Source of the DNA: an uncultured Lentisphaerales bacterium
Lineage (GTDB): Bacteria > Verrucomicrobiota > Kiritimatiellia > RFP12 > CAYQJG01
NCBI GenBank assembly: GCA_964417715.1
Contig: CAYQJG010000001.1
Location: 29,297 to 93,296 of the forward strand
Direction of reading: 5' to 3'
DNA: 64,000 bases
Both the position numbers and the translations under genes were made by a program. Shown one piece after another: positions 19,802 to 28,843 of the stretch. Every line of letters begins with the position of its first letter. Position 1 is the stretch's first letter. Under the pieces are notes generated by a model. It was not told the DNA's origin. It saw only the letters and a list, made by a program, of their open reading frames with translations, and did not search any database.

Positions 19802-20725
19802 TCACGCCCAGAGCCGGGCCGGGTAGGCCCCGGCCGCCACCAGTTCGCCCAGCGCGGCCGCCACCCGCGGCCGGTCCTCACGGTACGTGACGCCGAACCA
19901 GGGGCTGTCGCTTGTCAGGACACGCACGGTGGCGCGTCCCTCCCGGACCAGTTCGTTGACGACCAGCGGAATGTACCACTCGCTCTTGGGTTCAGCGCCG
20001 TGGGCGGCCAGCCAAGCCGGAAAGCGGGACTCCAACAGCGCGAACAACGCAGGCGTGAACCCCCAGATGTTCATCGAGACGGGTTCATCGCCGGCCAGGC
20101 GCACGGGTGCGTTCGGGTCGGCCTGATTCTCGGCCCCACCCGGCACCGGCACGATCCGCGTCATCTCGGTCACCGAGGTCAGCATGCCCCCGGCATCGAC
20201 GCAACACACGCCGCGCGCGACGCTGCCATATGCGGAGAGTGTCTGCCGCAGACGATACCCGACCATCGCGAGCCGCTCCGGGCCACCGGATGCCCCGGGC
20301 GCCTCCGCGAGGAAGCCGGCCAGGCGCTGGAAGGCCTCTAACCCGTAGAAGTCATCGGCATTGATCATGGCAAACGGTTCGCGCACGATTCCTCGCGCCG
20401 CGCGCACGGCGTGCGCGGTGCCCCACGGTTTGGCCCTGTCGGCCGGCACCCGGAAGCCGCCCGGCAGGTCGTCCGCGCGCTGGAAAGCGTAATCGACGTC
20501 GATGCGCCCGGCATAGCGTCCACCGATGCGGCTGCGAAACTCATCCTCGAAATCGTGCCGGATCACGAACACGACCCGCCCGAAACCGGAGCGGATCGCG
20601 TCATAAACGGCATAGTCCATGAGCGTTTCGCCGGAAGGGCCGACCGGCTCGACCTGCTTCAGGCCGCCATACCGGCTCCCCATGCCCGCCGCCAAAACAA
20701 GAAGTGTGGGTTTCATGCACTCCAT
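19802..20725 (-). CDS. Sugar-phosphate nucleotidyltransferase (MurU/GlmU-N-like NTP-transferase)
   Basis: MKPTLLVLAAGMGSRYGGLKQ glycine-rich N-terminus of NDP-sugar pyrophosphorylases. Start trimmed (MECMKPT…); the track extends ~100 codons further into GC-rich noncoding DNA. Confidence 0.65.
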   Translation of the reverse strand: MECMKPTLLVLAAGMGSRYGGLKQVEPVGPSGETLMDYAVYDAIRSGFGRVVFVIRHDFEDEFRSRIGGRYAGRIDVDYAFQRADDLPGGFRVPADRAKPWGTAHAVRAARGIVREPFAMINADDFYGLEAFQRLAGFLAEAPGASGGPERLAMVGYRLRQTLSAYGSVARGVCCVDAGGMLTSVTEMTRIVPVPGGAENQADPNAPVRLAGDEPVSMNIWGFTPALFALLESRFPAWLAAHGAEPKSEWYIPLVVNELVREGRATVRVLTSDSPWFGVTYREDRPRVAAALGELVAAGAYPARLWA

Positions 20726-21249
20726 TCGCTGAATACGGGGCCAAACGAAAGGCCTGAATATATACCAACCGCTTCGCCGCATGCAACCCGTCGCTCCCCC
20801 CGAAACTGCGAGAGTTGCGCGCGAGGTGGGCGGAAGGCAGCCGCACGCGCGCCCGAGAGCCTGCCGGAGGTGCCGGAGCGACCGACACGCGGCGCTATCG
20901 ACCGTTCTGGGGACGGCGACGGGTAGCGGTCTCCACGACCTGCCCGGCCGTGCGTCCCAGATCGATCTGCCGCAACGCGCCCAGATTCGCGTCGCACGCA
21001 CCGGGCAGTTGCATGCCCCGGAACGCACGACTGGCCGCCGCCACGCCGCCCAGTCCGGTCACCAACCCCGCCATCGGCTCGGGTGAATTCTCGTATGGAA
21101 TCTTCCACTGGGCAGGAGTTGTTGTGCGCATGTCCGCTTGATATCAATCCACACTTGATATGGCCAAGCAGAACATTCTGTCCCCTTCAGCCCCTATTTG
21201 CAGCCGCTTCCTCAATGCGCGCTCCATACTTTCGAAAGTATGGCAACTG

Positions 21250-21470
21250 AACCGGCGCCTCCGTCCTGTCGGCGGCGCGTTCGCAGACTCCGGCGCGGGC
21301 CGCCACCACACTCACCTGTCCTCCCGGCACACCCGCGCCGCTGATTACATCCATCATCTGTTGAGGTTATCACGCGCGTCGGTCGCATCGTTCTTTCCCG
21401 TCCAGGTGCGGTCGATCCGCACCTTCCGCACGCACTCGTGCAACAGCTCTCGCAGAACGGGGACAGCGCA
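21250..21470 (+). repeat. Intergenic direct repeat, copy 3 (diverged, with a ~30-bp insertion), ~90 bp upstream of the M23 peptidase gene
   Basis: …GGCGGCGCGTTCGCAGACTCCGGCGCGGGCCGCCACCACAC…CCATCATCTGTTGAGGTTATCACGCGCGTCGGTCGCATCGTTCTTTCCCGTCCAGGTGCGGTC… aligns with copy 2 (…CCATCACCTGTTGCGTTTGCCTCGCGCGTCGTTCGCGTCGTTTCGCCCCGTCCAGTTGTGGTC…). Confidence 0.55.
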
Positions 21471-21561
21471 CGGTGCTTGACGCGACGGCGCCCATGCAGA
21501 AGAATGGGGCGCCTCACATCACCCGGCCTGAGCGCCGGGGCAAACGCATCGGCACCCGCAC

Positions 21562-22737
21562 ATGGACTTCTTCGAACCCGCCCCTCTTCGCACACCCATC
21601 CGCCCTGATCCCGCCGTCCGCCGCCGCCCGTCGCCAACCTTGGTCGTGGCGTCCCTCGCAGGACTGCTCCTTGCAGCCGGGGTCGTCTGGCTCGGCCCCT
21701 GCGGCCGGCACAAGCCGGGAACACCTGCCACACCGCCATCCGCGGCAGGCGGGACCGACTCCCCTGGCACCCCACCCCAGCCCGCGCTCCCGTCGACGCC
21801 GCTGTGCTTTGCCTTTCCCACGCCGCGCCAGAACCTGGCCGACACCAACACGCCCGGCACATTCATGCCAACCGTGTCCGGTCGCGTGGGATCGGCCCTG
21901 TTCGGCCTCGTGCGCACATCCAGCAGCGGCGGGCCCGCCTTCCACGAGGGAATTGACATCGCGCCGGTGGCGCGTGACCGGCAGGGCCAGCCGACCGACT
22001 CCGTCTTCGCCGTTGCCGAAGGAACCGTGGGCTACGTCAACCGTGTCGCCGGCAACTCCAACTACGGACTGTATGTCGTCATCGTGCACGTTGAGCCCGT
22101 TGGCGAGTTCTACACGCTCTACGCCCACCTGGCCCGCGTCGAGCCCGCCATCCGCGCGGGCACGGTGGTGCGCATGGGCGACACACTGGGTCAGATGGGA
22201 CACACGCCGGCCGGCATCCTGCCGGCAGCCCGCGGCCACCTGCACTTTGAGATCGGGCTGATCCAGAACAGCCGATTCGACCGGTGGTACCGCGCGCAGA
22301 AGCTGACGCCCGACCACGGCCTCTTCAACGGCCAAAATTTCGTCGGCATAGACCCGCAGACCATCTACCGCGAATGGAACAGGGACCACCGCTTCGCGGT
22401 GCTCGAGCACCTGCGGAGCGCGCCGCCGGCGTTCACACTGCTGGTCGCCGCGCGCCAGCCCATCAACTTCTTCACGCGCTATCCCGCGCTCTGGCAGGGC
22501 GAGGCCTTCCGCCCGGGCGTCGTGGTGCTGGACGTGGCCGAAGGCGGCGTACCGATCGCCGGGCGGATGGCCACGGATGCGGAACTCGCGGCCGCCGGCA
22601 CGCGCCGCCCGCCGTTGGTGCTGCAGGTCAGCACCGACCCGACGCTCCCCGCCCGCCGACTCGTCACACGCGGCAGAGACAACACCTGGCGTCTCTCCGC
22701 CTCCGGCACGAAATGGCTGGAGATCCTGCTCTACTGA
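21562..22737 (+). CDS. Membrane-anchored M23-family (LytM-type) metallopeptidase
   Basis: N-terminal TM helix, a Pro-rich linker, then HEGIDI…GHLHFE zinc-binding motifs of M23 peptidases. Confidence 0.75.
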   Translation: MDFFEPAPLRTPIRPDPAVRRRPSPTLVVASLAGLLLAAGVVWLGPCGRHKPGTPATPPSAAGGTDSPGTPPQPALPSTPLCFAFPTPRQNLADTNTPGTFMPTVSGRVGSALFGLVRTSSSGGPAFHEGIDIAPVARDRQGQPTDSVFAVAEGTVGYVNRVAGNSNYGLYVVIVHVEPVGEFYTLYAHLARVEPAIRAGTVVRMGDTLGQMGHTPAGILPAARGHLHFEIGLIQNSRFDRWYRAQKLTPDHGLFNGQNFVGIDPQTIYREWNRDHRFAVLEHLRSAPPAFTLLVAARQPINFFTRYPALWQGEAFRPGVVVLDVAEGGVPIAGRMATDAELAAAGTRRPPLVLQVSTDPTLPARRLVTRGRDNTWRLSASGTKWLEILLY

Positions 22738-22817
22738 GCGCTACATACTTTGTATTGCAAAGTGCTTTGCCATCTGCTACGCTCTCCCTGTTTCGAAGCG
22801 TCATCAGCGGAGGTCGC

Positions 22818-23438
22818 ATGATTGCCAGTCACGTTCACGACGCGCTCTCGCAAGTCCGGTTGCTGCAGGAAGTCATCCTGGAACGCCGGCGTTTTCATGG
22901 CTTCTCCGGACAGGCGCGCGCGGTCAGCGGCTGCGTCACGCTGCTGGCGGCGACGCTGCTCGCGAGCGGCCGCCTGCCGGACACGCCGCGCGCGCACCTC
23001 GCGGTCTGGGGCGGCGTGCTGCTCTTCGCCCTGGCGGCAAACTACGCCGCGCTGGGCTGGTGGTTTCTCGCCGACCCGCAGCGGCGGCGCGACCTGCTCG
23101 CGCTGAAGCCGGCCATCGACGTCATGCCCGCGCTGGCCGTGGGCGCCATGCTCACGCTGGCCGTGTTGCGCGACGGCCGGTACGAGCTGCTCTATGGGGT
23201 CTGGATGGGTTGCTACGGCCTGGCCCATGCCGCCTGCCGGCTCTCGCTGCCGCCCGCCAGTTTTGCAGTTGGCGTCGGCTACATGCTGGCCGGCGCAGCC
23301 TGCCTGTTCGTGCCCGGGTGGGCATTCCCAAACCCGTGGCCGATGGGCATCATCTTCTGCACCGGCGAGTTCGTCGGCGGCTGGGTGCTGTTCCGCGAAC
23401 GCTACGCCGCGCTGCATGTCAAGGAGGTCCAAGCATGA
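22818..23438 (+). CDS. Hypothetical integral membrane protein (about 5–6 TM helices)
   Basis: ATG at 22818 is preceded by GGAGG at −5. Hydrophobic segments run throughout. It overlaps the downstream regulator by 5 bp. The track's 384-aa ORF is an upstream over-extension into the M23 gene. Confidence 0.45.
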   Translation: MIASHVHDALSQVRLLQEVILERRRFHGFSGQARAVSGCVTLLAATLLASGRLPDTPRAHLAVWGGVLLFALAANYAALGWWFLADPQRRRDLLALKPAIDVMPALAVGAMLTLAVLRDGRYELLYGVWMGCYGLAHAACRLSLPPASFAVGVGYMLAGAACLFVPGWAFPNPWPMGIIFCTGEFVGGWVLFRERYAALHVKEVQA

Positions 23439-23797
23439 GCGACCCGCTCGAACGCATCTTCCACGAACCCAACCGCCTGGCGGTCATGTCGCACCTCGCC
23501 GCGGCGGCACAGGGGCTCACCTTCCCTGCCCTGCGCGACGCCTGCGGCCTGACGGACGGCAACCTCAACCGGCACCTGAAGGCGTTGGAGGAGGCAGGAG
23601 CCGTCTCCTGCGCGAAGCAGTTCGTGAAACTCAAGCCCCAGACCACCGTCCGCCTGACCGCGGAGGGACTCGCGCGCTTCAGCGATTACCTCGTCGCCCT
23701 TGAGCAGGCGCTCAAACAGGCCCAGCGCGCGCTGAAGCCGCACACGAAGGCCGCCAGCGCGCGACACCTGCCACATGGCGCCTTGGCGAACACATGA
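23434..23797 (+). CDS. Winged-helix transcriptional regulator (HTH_34 / ArsR-like small regulator)
   Basis: FHEPNRLAVMSHLAAA…LTDGNLNRHLKALEEAGAV…KPQTTVRLTAEG. AGGAGG lies 7 nt upstream of the ATG at 23434. Confidence 0.6.
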
Positions 23798-23910
23798 ACC
23801 GCAGAATATCGAACAAGAAACCGCAGAATGTCGAAGTGTCGCGCCTGCACCGGAGATCCGGACTTCGATATTCGATATTGGACCCTACCCACAACCCCAG
23901 GTAACTCCCT

Positions 23911-25350
23911 ATGCAAACACCACCCACCGATCCTCTCGCCTCGCCCACCGCGCCGCTCTTTCCGCCCACTCCACCGCCTCTCGCACCACGCCCGGCGTCG
24001 TCCGGCCGCCTGGCCTTCGGCCTCAAACTCGTCTGCATCGGCGCGCTCGCGCTGCTGCTGCTGGCGCCGCTCAGCATGATCGGCTCACGCCTGCAGGAAC
24101 GCCTCGGGCGTCGCAACGAAGCGATCCAGAACATCACCGCAACCTGGGGCAGCGAGCAGACGGTGGTCGGTCCGATCCTGGTCGTTCCCTACCGCAGACC
24201 CGTCAAGGTCAACCGCGAACGAATCGTGGACGGCCGGCGGATGTCGGTCGACGAAACGGACTTTGTCACGTCGCGGGCCTATTTCCTGCCGTCCGAACTG
24301 GCGATCCAGGGGACGCTCAGCCCAAGTCAGCTCCACCGCGGAATCTACACCGCCACGGTCTACCGGGGCGACCTGGCCGTATCCGGCACGTTCGCGCCGC
24401 CGAACCTCAAGGAACTCAAGATCGATCCGGCGTTGGTGCAGTGGGAGGATGCGGCCGTCGCGATGGCCATCACGGACCTGCGCGGCGTGCGCGATGCCCT
24501 GACGCTGACTTGGGGAGCCAAGCCGCTGGCGCTGCTGCCGGGCTCGCGCCTGCTGGGGCTGGCGTCGACGGTGCAGGCGCGGCTGGAAGGCGAGGCGTTC
24601 GCCGAAGCGGTGCCGGTGCCCTTCACGCTCGCGCTCGCGCTGAACGGCAGCGGCGACATCCGGATGGCGCCGCTCGGCGCGCACACGCGCATCGCGCTCG
24701 AGTCGACCTGGCCGTCGCCAAGTTTCCAGGGCGCCTTCGCCCCGGCCACGCGCAGCATCGACGCGTCCGGCTTCAAGGCCGAGTGGCAGATGTCGTACTA
24801 CGGCCGCACCTACCCGCAGTCCTGGACGGACGCCGAGCCGGGAAGTGCCGTCGACGCCGGCACGCTGGCGTCCTCGGCCTGCGGCGTCAGCCTGGTGACG
24901 CCGGTCGACAGCTACCGGCTGGTGGAACGGTCCATCAAGTACGGCGTGCTGTTCGTGGTGCTGCTCTTCACCGGGTTCTTCCTGTTCGAGACGCTGGCCG
25001 GGCTGCGCATCCACCCGCTGCAGTACCTGCTGGTCGGTGCGGCGCTCTGCCTGTTTTACCTGGCGTTGCTGTCGCTCTCGGAGCTGATGTCGTTCGGCTG
25101 GGCCTACCTGGCGGGCGCGGTTGCATCCAGCGGGCTGACGATCTGCTACAGCCTGGCCGTGCTCGGAAAGTGGCGGCGCGCGGTCGTGATCGCCGCGGAA
25201 CTCGCCGCCATCTACACCTTCCTCTACACCACACTGCGCCTGCAGGACTACGCACTGGTGTTCGGCACGGCCGGGTTGTTCGTCGCCCTGGCAATCGTCA
25301 TGTACACCACCCGCCGGGTGAACTGGTACGCGCAAGGCGCGGCCAACTGA
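23911..25350 (+). CDS. creD: Cell envelope integrity inner-membrane protein CreD family
   Basis: 479 aa with an N-terminal TM helix, a large periplasmic region and C-terminal multi-TM helices. The overall architecture and length match CreD. Confidence 0.65.
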   Translation: MQTPPTDPLASPTAPLFPPTPPPLAPRPASSGRLAFGLKLVCIGALALLLLAPLSMIGSRLQERLGRRNEAIQNITATWGSEQTVVGPILVVPYRRPVKVNRERIVDGRRMSVDETDFVTSRAYFLPSELAIQGTLSPSQLHRGIYTATVYRGDLAVSGTFAPPNLKELKIDPALVQWEDAAVAMAITDLRGVRDALTLTWGAKPLALLPGSRLLGLASTVQARLEGEAFAEAVPVPFTLALALNGSGDIRMAPLGAHTRIALESTWPSPSFQGAFAPATRSIDASGFKAEWQMSYYGRTYPQSWTDAEPGSAVDAGTLASSACGVSLVTPVDSYRLVERSIKYGVLFVVLLFTGFFLFETLAGLRIHPLQYLLVGAALCLFYLALLSLSELMSFGWAYLAGAVASSGLTICYSLAVLGKWRRAVVIAAELAAIYTFLYTTLRLQDYALVFGTAGLFVALAIVMYTTRRVNWYAQGAAN

Positions 25351-25372
25351 GTCGACCCGTGGCACCCGCCAG

Positions 25373-26548
25373 ATGGAAACACGCGTCCATCTCCTGCTCC
25401 TCCAGGCCGTGCTGCTGCTCGGGCTGCCGCTGACGGGCGCGTGGCTGGCGGGCAAGCCGTTGGCGCGCTATGCGGCCTTTCCGCCGCTGGCGCGCGACCT
25501 GCCGCACCCGCCGTTCGCGTGGCCCGCGTTCGGCGGCCTGCTGGCGCTGGGGTTGGTTGTACTGGGTCCCTTCATCTGGCGGCTGTGCCTGCCGCCACGC
25601 GGCCCGCGGGGCGACGACCGCACACCCGTCCGCCGGCCGTTCCCCTGGTGGGGCTGGCTGGGGATCGCGCTGGGGGGGGCCTGCTGGACCCTGGCGTGGA
25701 CGCGCTTCGGCTGGTTCGCCGCACTCCAGCGCCACACCTTCACGCCGCTCTGGCTGGCGTACGTCCTCGTGGTCAACGCGCTCGCCGTCCGTCGCCAAGG
25801 CACCTGCCTGCTGACGGCGCAGACGGGCCGTTACCTGCTGCTCTTCCCGCTCAGCGCGTTCTTCTGGTGGTTCTTCGAGTATCTCAATCGCTTCGTGCAG
25901 AACTGGTACTACGTCGGCGTGGCCGGCATGGCGCGCGGCGAATACATCTTCTTCGCCACCGCGGCCTTCTCCACGGTGCTTCCGGCCGTGGCCGCCACCG
26001 CCGACTGGCTGGCGACGTTCAGGCCATTCGCGGACAACCGGTTGGCGGGATTCGTGCGCATCCCGCTCGGGCACCGTCGCGTAGCCGTCGCCACGCTGGT
26101 GATCGCCAGCCTTGGCCTGACCGCCCTGTCGGTCTGGCCCAACGCGCTCTTCCCGCTGGTCTGGCTGGCGCCGCTGGCCGTCTTCGTGTCGCTGCAGACG
26201 CTGACCGGCCACGCCACGGCGCTGGACGACATCCGGAACGGGGACTGGCGCCTGCTGGCGCGCTTCGCGCTGGCCGCGCTGATCTGCGGGTTCTGGTGGG
26301 AGCTTTGGAATGTGCACAGTCTGGCCAAGTGGCAGTACGCCGTGCCGTTCCTGCAGCGTTTCCTGGTCTTCGAGATGCCCGTATCGGGATTCATGGGCTA
26401 CCTGCCGTTCGGAATCGAGTGCGCGGTGGTCGTGGCCTGGCTGGCACCGTCGCTGGCCGGTCGCGTGTCGCAGCCGGCAGCGCGGCGAAGCAAGAAGCCG
26501 CCTGCAACGACCTCATCGGTCGCAGCAGACGGCTCAAACAACAGGTAA
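25373..26548 (+). CDS. Hypothetical polytopic membrane protein (Trp-rich helices, WWELWN motif)
   Basis: ~10 predicted hydrophobic helices and coding-like codon usage. Co-directional with creD, 23 bp downstream. Confidence 0.4.
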   Translation: METRVHLLLLQAVLLLGLPLTGAWLAGKPLARYAAFPPLARDLPHPPFAWPAFGGLLALGLVVLGPFIWRLCLPPRGPRGDDRTPVRRPFPWWGWLGIALGGACWTLAWTRFGWFAALQRHTFTPLWLAYVLVVNALAVRRQGTCLLTAQTGRYLLLFPLSAFFWWFFEYLNRFVQNWYYVGVAGMARGEYIFFATAAFSTVLPAVAATADWLATFRPFADNRLAGFVRIPLGHRRVAVATLVIASLGLTALSVWPNALFPLVWLAPLAVFVSLQTLTGHATALDDIRNGDWRLLARFALAALICGFWWELWNVHSLAKWQYAVPFLQRFLVFEMPVSGFMGYLPFGIECAVVVAWLAPSLAGRVSQPAARRSKKPPATTSSVAADGSNNR

Positions 26549-26565
26549 CGGAGGTCTGCCGTCCC

Positions 26566-27042
26566 TTACTTGGCAGCGGCGGGGGCAACGGGAGCAACAG
26601 GGGCAACGGGGGCAACAGGGGCAGCGCCCTTCTTCTCACCCTCGCGACCCGGCTTCCGGCCTTCGCCCATCTTGTTGCGGCGTTCCTCAAAGGACTTCCG
26701 CAGCTCTTCGGCTGTCAGGGCGCCGTTCGCATCGGCGTCGAGCTTCTTGAAGAGTTCCTCGGCGTTGGGAAGCTTGGTGGCGTCAAACTTGTCGCCCATT
26801 CGCTTCTTCATCTCTTCCTGACGCTTGGCCTGGGCGGCCTTGAACTCGTCCAGCGAGATCGTGCCGTTGGCGTCGGTGTCCATCGCCTTGAACCGCTCGA
26901 CAGCCATTTCACGGGCATGCTCGGAGGGGGGCTTCACAGCCGGGGCGTCACCTGCGGGTGCGACGACATCCGCCGCCCATGCGCGGCTGCCCAGGGCGGC
27001 CACGGCCATCAACATGCAGAGAAACTTGAATGAACTGTTCAT
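26566..27042 (-). CDS. Secreted EF-hand calcium-binding protein with a C-terminal (APV)n repeat
   Basis: Signal peptide MNSSFKFLCMLMAVAALGSRAWA. Two EF-hand loops (DTDANGTISLDEF, DADANGALTAEEL). AAGGAA SD. Start trimmed to ATG at 27042. Confidence 0.6.
   Translation of the reverse strand: MNSSFKFLCMLMAVAALGSRAWAADVVAPAGDAPAVKPPSEHAREMAVERFKAMDTDANGTISLDEFKAAQAKRQEEMKKRMGDKFDATKLPNAEELFKKLDADANGALTAEELRKSFEERRNKMGEGRKPGREGEKKGAAPVAPVAPVAPVAPAAAK
26583..26628. repeat. Short tandem repeat (GCAACRGGR)n encoding (APV)n
   Basis: gcaacgggagcaacaggggcaacgggggcaacagggg is visible directly in the sequence. Confidence 0.6.
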
Positions 27043-27166
27043 GAATCGTTCCTTGTTTAGTGGGTTTGTTTGTTCTTTTGATCCGTGCCGAAAACATCCC
27101 GGTGACAGTATACATGCAGGGTAACGTCTCATCAGGCATGATTATTGTGCCGACGGGCGATCTTTT

Positions 27167-28831
27167 TCACGGTAGCGCCGCGGCAAGCGGCGCGTCAGGA
27201 GACGCGAGAGGGTGCACGAGCCGGGCCACGGCCGTCAGCACTTCGTCCGGCGTAACCGGTTTGCTCAGAATCTCGTCGACGCCTTCGGGGTACTCCTGTC
27301 GGTGCTTCATCAGGTCGCCAAAGCCGGTCAGCATGAGCACAAACGTGTCGGGCGCGACGTTCTTGACCTCCTTGGCCACCTCGTCGCCACACATGCCCGG
27401 CATGGCGCGATCAGTGACGACGACATCGAAGCCGCGCGCGCGCAGTTTCGCCAGTCCTTCGGCCCCGCCGGAGGCCGATTCGACCACGTGGCCGCCGCGT
27501 TCGAGGAAATCCACGAGCAGCGCGCGGGAGGTGTCGTCGTCATCGATTGCGAGCACCCGTTGCGGCTTTCCGGGCAAGCTTACGGCTGCGGGAAGCCCGG
27601 CGTCGGGCGGTCTGCATTCCGTCTGCACCAGCGGCAACCGGATGGTGAATGTCGTTCCGGCGCCTACCTCACTCGCGACATCGATGGAGCCACCGTACCG
27701 GTGCACCGCGCCATAGCACATGGCCAACCCCAGTCCGCTGCCGGCTTCGCCCTTGGTCGTGAAGAAGGGCTCGAAGCAGTGTCGGGTGACCTCTGCCGTC
27801 ATGCCGGCGCCGGTGTCGCTGACCTGTATGGTCGTCCAGCTGTCATCCTGCAGCGTGGATATGCGGACAACCCCTTCCTTCTCGATGGCGTCGACGGCAT
27901 TCAGCACCAGGTTGGCCAGCGCGCCCCGCAGCTCCGGTTCGTTGCCGCAGACGGCGCGCGTATCGGTTAGGGATGTCTCGATCCGGATATGCTTGCCGGC
28001 GGCCTCGGCCTGCCCTTTCCAGGCGGGTTCGGTCAGCGCCACGACGTGCTCGACGACATCACGCACGTTGAGGGGCTGGGTATCGAGCAGCCCGGGACGG
28101 TAGAACCCGCGCAGACGTCGGACGATGTCGCGCGCGTCATGGGCGGCGGCACGGATGGTCATGAGCGCCTTCTGGACGACGGGGGGGTCGGACAGGAGTT
28201 CGGGCTTGTCGAGCAGGAAGTCCGGCAGCCCCAGGATCGGCATGAGCGCGTTGTTGAAATCATGCGCGATGCCGCAGACCATCTGCGCCAGCGCGCTCAG
28301 GCGTTCGCGCTTGATCACCTCCTGCTGGGTGCGTTTCAGCTTCTCAAGCGCATCCTGCAGGAGCCGGTTGCTGCCGCGCAGGTCATGCGTGCGGTCGGCC
28401 ACCAGTTGCTCCAGTTTGCTCTGGTAGAGCTGATTCGACTCGGTCAGGCGGAATCGCTCGTCGTCCACGGCCTTGATCTTGGCCGCGCTGGCCACGGAAC
28501 GCAGCACGGCCGCCTTGGCGACCGGCTTGGTCAGATAGTCGAAAGCGCCCGCGCGGACCGCCTCGGCCGCCGTCTCCACAGTCGGCGCGCCGGTCATCAG
28601 GATGACCTGCACGCGCGCGGCCGCCTGCCGGATCAGCCGCAGCAGTTCCACGCCGGTCATCTGCGGCATGATGATGTCCGAGAGCACCACGTCGAAGCCG
28701 CCGACGCGCAGCAACTCCTCGGCCACCACGGCGTTCTCGGCCACCTCCACCTGGTGCCCGGCATCCTGCAGGAACTCCCGCAGCGTCAACCGGATGCTCC
28801 GCTCATCATCGACTAGCAGCACGCGTGCCAT
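27167..28831 (-). CDS. Hybrid sensor histidine kinase / response regulator (REC–HisKA–HATPase_c–REC)
   Basis: N-terminal receiver (LLVDDERSIR…DVVLSDIIMP), H-box (GIAHDFNNAL), G-boxes (DTGAGM…GSGLGL) and a C-terminal receiver (VLAIDDDDTSR…DVVVTDRAMPGM). Confidence 0.85.
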   Translation of the reverse strand: MARVLLVDDERSIRLTLREFLQDAGHQVEVAENAVVAEELLRVGGFDVVLSDIIMPQMTGVELLRLIRQAAARVQVILMTGAPTVETAAEAVRAGAFDYLTKPVAKAAVLRSVASAAKIKAVDDERFRLTESNQLYQSKLEQLVADRTHDLRGSNRLLQDALEKLKRTQQEVIKRERLSALAQMVCGIAHDFNNALMPILGLPDFLLDKPELLSDPPVVQKALMTIRAAAHDARDIVRRLRGFYRPGLLDTQPLNVRDVVEHVVALTEPAWKGQAEAAGKHIRIETSLTDTRAVCGNEPELRGALANLVLNAVDAIEKEGVVRISTLQDDSWTTIQVSDTGAGMTAEVTRHCFEPFFTTKGEAGSGLGLAMCYGAVHRYGGSIDVASEVGAGTTFTIRLPLVQTECRPPDAGLPAAVSLPGKPQRVLAIDDDDTSRALLVDFLERGGHVVESASGGAEGLAKLRARGFDVVVTDRAMPGMCGDEVAKEVKNVAPDTFVLMLTGFGDLMKHRQEYPEGVDEILSKPVTPDEVLTAVARLVHPLASPDAPLAAALP

Positions 28832-28843
28832 GGTCTACCCCCT

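Noticed and set aside
22284-23797. Track ORFs 22284..23438 (384 aa) and 22577..23797 (406 aa)
   Set aside because: Their 5' portions overlap the M23 peptidase gene in other frames. Only the 3' parts, with proper SD+ATG starts at 22818 and 23434, are real.
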